A stretch of DNA of 20,000 nt from assembly GCA_000934665.2 (NCBI GenBank), contig JYFJ02001697.1, positions 52,694-72,693 on the forward strand, read 5' to 3'. The first letter of the stretch is position 1, and the number at the start of each line of letters is the position of its first letter. The translations under genes were made by a program, and so were the position numbers. The notes beneath the pieces were generated by a model. It did no database searches and had not been told where the DNA came from. It was given only the letters and a program-made list of their open reading frames with translations. Shown here piece after piece: positions 11,440 to 20,000 of this stretch. Origin of the DNA: Catajapyx aquilonaris. Its lineage: Eukaryota.

Positions 11440-11581
11440 TGCATATGTGATAAACCCGTTTCAAAACTTTGGCAAAACTGATAATCAGGTAGTCATGGAA
11501 ACCAAACCTGGACAAACAAACAAACACACAAACTTTACTTCTAGGCTTATTATCTCCGTCGGATGTTTGTCCGACCTGATA
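11440..11581 (-). mobile_element. DINE-1/HINE-like (Helentron-derived) terminal fragment
   Basis: Hairpin TATC-TCC-GTCGGA-tgtttg-TCCGAC-CT-GATA (11551..11581) next to a (GTTT)n microsatellite on the minus strand. This is the stem-loop plus microsatellite layout of DINE-1/HINE elements. Confidence 0.45.
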
Positions 11582-12506
11582 GTATTTCTATCTCTCGTAA
11601 GACCTGAGGGTGGCAGGTGTGTGCAGAGCAGCATGCGCCATCTACGTGTGAAGAATAGTACTACGCAGTAAATCAGTGGATCGTCTCATTAAAGTTGTTC
11701 GAGTGTCACTGTCATACGGATTATATAGGTTTTGCGGCCAAATTTTGGCAACGGATTCACTAGTTTGAAATATGCTACCTAAATAGGCTACATTTGAAAA
11801 AATAATATTCAACTTAAACCCTGAAAATTATGTGATTACGCAATTTTTCTAAAAAATGGGAAAATTCTGGTTTACTTAAATTAAATCAAATGCAATGCAA
11901 ATATAATGCAAAAAGTGCCAGGCATGAGCGAAATGCAATAGTTTGAGTGACTGGCCGTGTAGTAAAAAAAACACTCATAATTTTATGTTGCACCTTCTCC
12001 AAGGAGCGTATAAAAACACACGCAATAATGATACGCACTACACGTACTCCTGCACATCAACCGAGTGTAACCCATACGTGCAGACATTTTCTCCAAAACA
12101 TCTGACCTGAAATGACCCACATGAAAATTCTGAAAAAGAAACAGAAAAAAATCCATCGTCAGAAAATGTGTGTCCGCGGTTGAAATAAATTACATAGGAC
12201 CATTTTTTTCCCAAGCAAAGATGATCCACTTTGACAGTTTCATCCAGCGTTGTTTTTTCGACCAGTTATCTTGAGGTCGCAAAGAAGTCCACAGTGGTAT
12301 AGGATTACTAAAAAGATGGCCAGAAGAGCTGGAGAGAAAGTAGGTTGTCCCTTTTTTCCAAGTTGGTGAGCAGCAGAAGTAATCCGTGATTACTGCGGAA
12401 TTAGGAGGCAAAAGAATGCGATCCCCCCCCCCCCTTCCCACCCCATCCACCCTACTTCCCTCATCCTGCATTACACCTAGTATGTAGCCTACTAGATGGA
12501 AGGCTT

Positions 12507-12541
12507 TATAAGAGCAGAACAGTCAAGGGCTGGGATCACAT
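12507..12541 (+). promoter_or_regulatory. Possible TATA box and start site, perhaps for the IR gene
   Basis: TATAAGAG at 12507 with TCA at 12536..12538 (A 31 nt downstream), a C-rich tract upstream and a donor-like CAG|GTGAGC at 12683. Motif evidence only. Confidence 0.2.
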
Positions 12542-12649
12542 ATATCTATATCTGATTCAGGCTGTCAACAAACATCGGAATTTGGACGCACACTGCTGGA
12601 TGATGGGACATGTCCGGGTTTTAATGCGTGCATGTCGAGTCCTATTTTG

Positions 12650-12800
12650 AAAGTAATTATTATTAAATAATTACGTGTTTCAGGTGAGCTCACAGGAGAT
12701 AACATACTTTTTCTGTAGGGAAAATCTCAATTGACATTATTCCACCTGAAACACATCATTACTTAATAATATTGGCTTATTAAACTTTAATAATTACTTT
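12650..12800. repeat. Inverted repeat (28-bp arms, 25/28), MITE-like hairpin
   Basis: 12659..12686 pairs with 12743..12770, and the outer aaagtaattatta (12650) pairs with taataattacttt (12788..12800). Confidence 0.65.
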
Positions 12801-15723
12801 AATAAATTGCTTTTAATTGGGCGAAGAAATATGTCGACCTAAAGAAATTTACTAATAATTACGAATGTATTATTAGTTCATTTTATTTCACTTTATTGCA
12901 TCTTATTTTTTGTTGGCTTATTTCTTCACCCATTTTTATCGATTTTAGTACAGTACTGTATAAACGTAATTTAATTGAGAGATTACTATTGAGTAATTAG
13001 GAAAAACTTTACCGAGTTATTGTATGATGTAATTTCATGGGTATAAAAACGCAATGGATAACCACTCATAGGAGCAGAGAATAGTATAAATCAGTCTGCA
13101 AAATCATTTATCTTTCTTTTGTTATGGTTTGAGCTGGAAAAGACTGCTGGCGTTAATAACTTATTGCTGTTTCGGTTAATGAACTGCATTTTTGCGAAGA
13201 ATAATTTAACGAAATTGGGAACGGGACATGATTAGACTTCCTCTGACCATATCTGGAGGGCGTGTCTTCTAATTTCCTTATCATTTGACATGTAACCAAG
13301 AATGTGAAAATGTCGATTTAAAAGAAAATTACATTACCTTCCGGAAGGTTATTGGGAGGCTGGATGTTTTTTTCTCGAGCTTTAAGCTCTTATTCACACG
13401 TGCATGGGAATGTGAAGAAATTGCAGGAGATTCTATCATGAGTACGTTTCATTCCTTATCATCTGTCATCTGTAAAACCATATTGCTAGAAAGCAAATCC
13501 GGATTATCTAAAAGAAACGTAAAATTACTGTATTTACGTACTGCATATGAGGAGTAAAATATTGGGTATTCAATGCAGTAAGCAATGAGTCAGGCGATGG
13601 GAAAAAAATGAAGGAATCAAGCAGGGCATAATTTATAGTTTGGAATAATGTGGCATGGAGAATGTTTATTGTTATTGTTGACTGCTGCCAAGAAGTTGCG
13701 TCAAGTAAAAGCGTCATACATATCGTGCAGGGCGTCAAAAACATCCAAAACAGGTGGGGTATTGTTACAACAGAAACACTTCAAAAATCGTGCCCAAAAG
13801 AAGTAAGACGCTTGTTTGCATGACCATGTGTTCAAAAACAACGAGGGCTAGGCTAACCCAGTGCGTGTCTCATGCTGTCCTTAGAAGTACTGCATAATCT
13901 AAAGAGAAATTCATACTGTACACATTGCCTGTTATCAAAATAATGAAAAGCTTTCTATAATATGAGACATGTTCAAGAGACGATATGAATACCTGTGATT
14001 TACCTGCCAAAATATTGACAGTGTCACCCATTGACGAAACCCGGATAAATGATTCCAAATTAGCAATTTTTGTATCTAATGTTTAGTACCAATAATTTTT
14101 TAACAACTGCAAAAAGTTTAAACATTTTAATTAACAAAGTTGTCTTATTCTCATCTCATCCTTTACGAATAACATACGCTGCATTTCGTTCCGTCAAAGC
14201 TCGCACGTGCAGATACAAGGTGCGATCTCAATAATTAATAATTTAGTTGTATGAATAAAGATTAGCACATCCTTAACACAGTGGCCCATTATGTTCTGCT
14301 TATTGAACATATGCGCAATAAATTCGCTCTCATTACATGCAACATCGTAGTAGACCGGATAATCATTAAGAAGATAATGTAATAGGCAACACTAGTGTAC
14401 ATGTAACTAGAAACAATGAATCTTGCTGGACACTACAACATATCAAAATTCAAATTAAATTACGCAAAGTGCGATGGATCAAAAAGAAGGAAAAATTGGG
14501 CTCTCTGGAACAAATTGCTTCCAAAAAAAATTGTAAATTAATATTCTTCGTGTGAGTGGACCAATTTATTTCCAAACGGTAACCGACATTCAAACCACTG
14601 CAACTATTAGAGCATAACATGCAATTTATAATCCAATGAATCTGGCAAAAATCGGTCTCCACGGAAAAAAAGGTGGTCCAAAGATACCTTACCTAAATTT
14701 ATTTCTGTCCTTGTTTTGTTATTGCAAATAAAGCCCAAGCAGCAGGATATTCTGATTTTTTAAAATGCGGTTTCCGCTCTATAAATTGCTCTAGCAAGTT
14801 TTCATGTTTAACATAAATTAAGGTCCCGAAAATTGATCCCTTCGACCTGAACGGTAACGGGTTCGAAATTCATTCGAGATCATCGTTCACTTATGTGTGA
14901 ATAGGACGTGTCAAAATTATTGTTAACACTGGTTTTAGTCACGCTCCACCCCAATATGATATTAAGTGCATGGAATTTGGGTACGTCCTGTCACACCGTA
15001 GTCTATATGGAATTTATACTGACTTGTAGAGCAAGCAATTGTTGCACTGAAAAAAGTACCGTAATTGGTGTATTAGTGGGTATCCGGAATCTACTTAGGT
15101 GAAAAGGGGGCGTTCCAGTTGTCATTCTGGTGTCCGTACGTGCTGCAGGTGTATGCAGGTTGTTGTAAAGAGAGTCATGGGCCGCCGAATGTTTTTGGTC
15201 GCTGCATTTACTCACTGATAGTCACTCAAAATGAAGGGTTTGGAATACTGTACAAGACGATCAGAGTCACGAAATGTTACGTGCTTGTTATAGACTTTGC
15301 GTAATAAATTATGCTCTTGCTGCTTCTCCAGAAAATTTGTCTAGAGCAGCTGGAAAAATAAATTGACAAAAATTATGCAAATATTCAAACGCTCATAGAT
15401 CAAAATAATTCGATTACAAGTCTGATTCCGTTGCACTTCTTTTATATTTTAATTACGTTTTATGCAATTTTTATGTTAGTTGTTTTATGTCAGTTATTTC
15501 GTTTTACTCACACTTCCGACTTTCATCAGTTGTTGGGGGGTTGTGTATTTTTGCTACTTTTTGATGGCCTTATTCGATTTTTTTAAAATCACGAGCAACT
15601 TCAAAAATAATGTAGGCCAATTATTTGTGATCTTGCGCAATAATTTCAGTTCCTACTTGTTATGCAGACAAGATTTCAGAGTATAAAAATGAACCTAATC
15701 TAACTTTTGTCTGTATTTTGCAG

Positions 15724-15790
15724 GTATGTGACATCAACTTTCTGGCGATACAACAGATGGAGCAACATATTAAGAAAAGTCAGCAGAGAG
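15724..15790 (+). other. Candidate upstream exon of the IR gene carrying the start codon (ATG 15757, MEQHIKKSQQR)
   Basis: Strong acceptor ttttgtctgtattttgcag|15724 and donor GAG|GTAAAT after 15790. Its phase 1 matches the acceptor aatag|16782 that enters the IR frame. Confidence 0.3.
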
Positions 15791-16781
15791 GTAAATACAC
15801 ACTTTTCAATATTGTAATTGAGTTTGAGGGAAGACCATCTTCGTACTGTACTTGATAGTACTGTACAATGTGTTTTTTGTGAAAAAAGTAGGCATCACGT
15901 TGATAGGTCATGTTTACTCTGCTTGAATTATCTAAGATGCCAGCAGGTGGCGGGCTAGACTTGGTAGACAATTAGATTCTGTGCTGCCCCCTAGTGTTCC
16001 ACTAACATCGCGTAAATATATGTTACAAACTCTCACCCACACATGTATGGCTGAAAGTGCATTGCTTTCGATGAGATGTTACCTGCTGAGTGAGCTGAAG
16101 TCACTAAAATGAATTCTGAATGAATTAAAAATATCATCATCAGAGCTTGAAAACTCTGGGAATATTTGAATATTTCCGGGGCCTCGGTGCAAAGCACATG
16201 AAACACCAATTTGTAGTTGAAAGCTGGCAATTATTTCCACAGCGGTAACTTCCGTATGTGTCACCAGCAGGTATGTAATTTGGCATATGACGCACATAGA
16301 AGTTACCTGGAACTGGTTGCTTTCAACGTGATTGCAAATTTTATGAAGCACTCTGTTCTCATTAATACCTAATAACGACATTGCATTGGTAAATTAGTGT
16401 CCGTGTGTGTTGTTAAGGCATATTTAGTGGCGTAGAAAACTATTAGTGTGCTGTATAGATACATGTCTATTTTGAAACACTTGCTTTGGACTATAGGGCT
16501 GCCTAACAGACGCATTTGGTTGGAGACGACAGGGAAAATGCTTCTTCACATTTTTATCTCACTTGTCAAGATTCAGATTTGTTTCTTGGTGAGTATTGAA
16601 AATCCAGTTTAATGTGCAAGTTTTGTTGATTTTGCTGCCTGGGCGTTGATTGGAAATATATCGGAAATACAGTAGTAGCACCCAATTTTCTCACATTGAA
16701 TGAACACAGGCTGCGTAATTTGAGGCTGACGAAATCTATGCAAATTTCTGGATAACGTATCAGTCACATAGGTTGCAATAG

Positions 16782-18706
16782 GTGAAAAATTACGCAATAC
16801 TATAACCTTTATTCTAATAAGTCTATATTTGCGTCAGGGTATGGGCGTGGAAGGAAGTGTGACTCTGCACAAGGAATCCAAGGAAGAAAGTTTAGTTTCA
16901 TCACTGCTGAAAAATCTTCTACACGAATACAGTGACTGTTCTCTAGCCATTGACACTGATGTTGATGCCATAAGTGAGTCTCTGAAGCACATTTTAAGAA
17001 ATCAGCAAGAGACGTATCATCCTTCTATTATTGGACGATTGTCACCATCTTTCGCACCTTCACCTGATGATTTTCCGGAGATATGGAGACAAGATCAGAT
17101 CTACTCTTTTTTGACAATGCCTCACTCGCTCAAGTCCACACTTTGGCTTGGAAACAAATGCACATTCAACTTCTTCTGGGCCAGCTCGCCAGACGTGTAT
17201 CCAAAGCTGGTGGTGCATTCGGTTAGTCTCTACCAGTTTCGGAGCCTTCGTGATCCAACTTACACACACGTTGGATCAGGAAACGCTGAATCTGTCCTAC
17301 TAACAGACATCGCAATGGGAATTGCGTTTCAGGTAGTGTCTCACTACATGAATCAAACGCTAAAGCTGCGCAACATCTGCTTCTTCTGCAACTCGGGTGA
17401 GCACAATCTGAACCCATCGATACAATACGGTGATTCAGTCGATTCGAAGAGGTTGATTCGACCACTCCCGAGTCATTTGAACGGCTACAAGGCAAATGTG
17501 TGTCATGTGAATCATGTGGACTTGAAGGCAGCAAGAAAGAAGCCTCGGAGCATGCTGAATCACGAAGAAGCAACTGCTCTTGGGGCGGAACAATTGTTGA
17601 ACATTGAAATCACCTTTTTAGTACCGGAACTGACACCTGACGAGGTTTATCCGAACGGATCGTACACAGGTTTTACTGGCTCAGTAATGTATAAGAAATG
17701 TTACTGCAATTTTGTGTCATTCTTTTCGCCAAGTAACTACAAGGTGAACGCAATATTTTTCCCTGTCATGTACATTCACGTATCATTTGCCACAAGAATA
17801 CCCAGACCTGATTTGAAATGGTATGTGATGGACCAACCGTACACTTATGAGTCGTGGATAGGAATTTCATGCACCATAATAATATCGGCACTTGTTTTGG
17901 TTTTACTGTCGAATAGACTTGGTTGGCGCGGATATTTAACTTATCTGAAATACTGGCTGAAGCATCTCATTGAACAATCAGGCTCCGCTGATTTAGTCAC
18001 TGAAGCACCAATACGGGCATTTTGCATTTCCTTACTCATGTTCGGAATGGTCATAACTTGCTGCTACAAATCGAAACTAGTTGCTTTCATTACCTTCCCT
18101 CAGGTAGAAATTCTCCCTAAAAGCTTCGGGGAATTAACTCTTAGAACCGACATGGCAGCTAAAACAGTGCTTTTTATTAAAGTGTTGATATTAATGGCCA
18201 TGGAAAAGGCAGAGGTCAAGACAATTGATGACTCACAACTTGATAAAATACAGCTTAGTGAGAGTATACCCGAATGCCTGTCCGACACTCTAACTGAAGA
18301 CTCAGCATGTATCTTGTTTGATTACATGTATGAACGAGAGCGAGAATTATTTGTAGGGGGTGACGGAAAGCTGAAGGTTCAGTGGGCACCTGATAGGTCT
18401 TACAGCGTGTACACGGGTCCAGCTATAGGAAGGGACAATGTGTTTTTCGAGAAGGGGAATAAGATCATGATGTGGTTGTTTGAAAGCAATCTCATGAACA
18501 GGCGAAGGGCCATGTCGTCATTCTACAAGTTTCTGAGGAATTACAACAAGGCGATGCAAAATTGGGATGGGGAAGGTCCTGATGGGTTTCATGAGTTCAC
18601 TCTCGATGTAATGCTGCCTTTCTTTGCCTTCTGGGTCGTAGGAACCGCTCTTTCATTGGGCGTGTTTTTTGTCGAAATGCTATGCAAGAAAATTCGTCTG
18701 ACCTAA
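16782..18706 (+). CDS. Divergent ionotropic receptor (IR, chemosensory variant iGluR family); main exon, intronless body
   Basis: The 625-aa ORF has IR hallmarks: S1 motif PNGSYTGFTG, pre-M1/M1 PYTYESWIGISCTIIISALVLVLL, pore LIEQS, M3 ...MVITCCYKSKLVAFITFP, S2 end WLFESNL, and M4 FTLDVMLPFFAFWVVGTALSLGVFFVE. The first in-frame ATG is 16841, but the frame is open from 16772 and has a hydrophobic signal-like segment upstream of it. Confidence 0.9.
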
Positions 18707-19318
18707 AGGCAATTATCTTACAATACATCAATCTATTGGAAGCCTGAAACAGCCTATCAGTATACTATACTACCCTATCATATCCCAGCCATCATGTATT
18801 ATCATTATCATTATCATAACACCATGCAGAACATGCACTAGCCAGATTTATGTACACTTATTAAACGAGTTATTTCACTTCTAATAGCTATTGAACTATT
18901 TGTGAAATCATGAAGCAAACGCCCTAGTTTCTACGTACAACAGTGTTCCACAGCATGCTGCAGTGTACCGGTATAGTATCTTCATAACATCAGCTCATTT
19001 CAATGAAATCATTTTTATGGATTCTGACTACGCCAAAATTACCCAAATAGACAACACTGTCACCAGGCTTATAATTTGAGGCATGCAATATCCAGGAGGC
19101 GGGAATCAGGTCGAAAGCACAATTTATCTTGTGCCATACTCATTGATTTTTTCATGGCGTTTATGAAGCACTTTGCTCTAATGATATAGCACCCAGCACT
19201 ATGCAGCAAATTCCATATCGCAATAAGCTGGTTCAACATACTGTACTTTCGGAAATGTATCATTGGTTCACACACTTTATAGGCAACTGTTGGGCCATTC
19301 TATCAAAGAGTTCCATGT

Positions 19319-19776
19319 GCTGAAGAATCTCATTGAAGTGTCTGGATCTCCTGATTTAGTCACAGTAGCACCAATTCTCGCATTTTCCATTTCCTTACTC
19401 ATGTTTGGAATGGTCATAACTTGCCGCTACAAATCGAAAGTTGTTGCTTTCATTACCTTCCCTCGGGTAGAAGTTCTTCATGAAACTATATTGGAATTAT
19501 CTTTATCCGACATGACCGCCAAAACGGTGCTTTTCATAAAAGTCCTGATCGACATGGGCCTGTCAAGAGCAGATGACCATAAAGATCAACACTCATATTT
19601 TGGTAAAGTACAGCTCAGTGAGACTATACCTACCCCAGTGCATGGCGGACACTCTAACTGACAACTCTGCATGCATCTTGATGGACTATCAGTATGAGCT
19701 AATTCGAGCTTTGTTTGTAGATGGAGACGGAAAACTGAAGGTTCCGGAAAGGTCTTACTGTTTGTACACTAGCCCG
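19319..19776 (+). pseudogene. Partial, frameshifted tandem paralogue of the IR gene (pore-M3-S2 region)
   Basis: Colinear with 17956..18420 (LKNLIEVSGSPDLV...YKSKVVAFITFP...CMADTLTDNSACIL...GDGKLKV). It has a 4-bp duplication TACC (19631..19634) causing a frameshift, plus 3-bp and 9-bp in-frame deletions, and is truncated at both ends. Confidence 0.9.
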
Positions 19777-19785
19777 CTTGACAAG

Positions 19786-20000
19786 ATGACCGGACGAGGC
19801 AAGGGAGGGAAGGGGCTGGGGAAGGGAGGAGCCAAGCGGCCAGCAAGCGGCACAGGAAGGTCCTCCGAGACAACATCCAGGGGATCACCAAGCTTGCCAT
19901 CCGCCGCCTGGCCCGCCGGGGCGGAGTGAAGCGCATCTCCGGCCTGATCTACGAGGAGACCCGCGGAGTCCTGAAGGTCTTCCTGGAGAACGTGATCCGC
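19786..20000 (+). pseudogene. His4: Histone H4 pseudogene/orphon (runs off the window at R67)
   Basis: [18 protein letters not shown], then an 11-bp insertion (19840..19850), then [50 protein letters not shown]. It has a frameshift, P32L (CTT at 19893..19895) and no histone promoter upstream. Confidence 0.93.

Noticed and set aside
13000..16700. Short ORFs as possible transposase or IR fragments
   Set aside because: I found no recognisable motifs, and the lengths are as expected by chance.
19147..19318. KLVQHTV resembling IR N-terminal KLVVHSV
   Set aside because: The flanking residues do not align, so the match is probably chance.
19573..19929. Functional IR-histone-tail fusion protein (118-aa ORF)
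   Set aside because: The ORF starts out of frame with the IR upstream of a 4-bp frameshift and runs out of frame after H4 R17, so it is best explained as a pseudogene by-product.

Overview
This is AT-rich eukaryotic DNA, very probably arthropod (short GT-AG intron, divergent ionotropic receptor, H4 starting MTGRG). (1) A minus-strand three-coding-exon gene can be assembled with matching splice phases: complement(9043..9078, 5910..6517, 4078..5845). It encodes an 803-aa, cysteine-free, low-complexity secreted protein with a signal peptide, Thr-rich blocks, an Arg-rich block, a His/Tyr tract, polyproline and a 13-aa 'TKTMHHYDSMPSP' tandem repeat. I do not recognise its family, and the ORF track splits it into pieces. 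(2) A plus-strand divergent ionotropic receptor (IR, chemosensory iGluR family) lies in one long exon ending at 18706; its start is probably in an upstream exon. (3) A tandem frameshifted partial IR paralogue (19319..19776) runs directly, in frame, into a promoterless, frameshifted histone H4 copy (19786..window end). The H4 lesion looks like an 8-bp target-site duplication around 'CAG'. The rest is intergenic or intronic DNA with several MITE-like palindromes and a DINE-1/HINE-like fragment. I see no convincing multi-gene novel system. The best candidates for novelty are the His/Tyr-rich secreted protein and the IR-H4 chimeric pseudogene.
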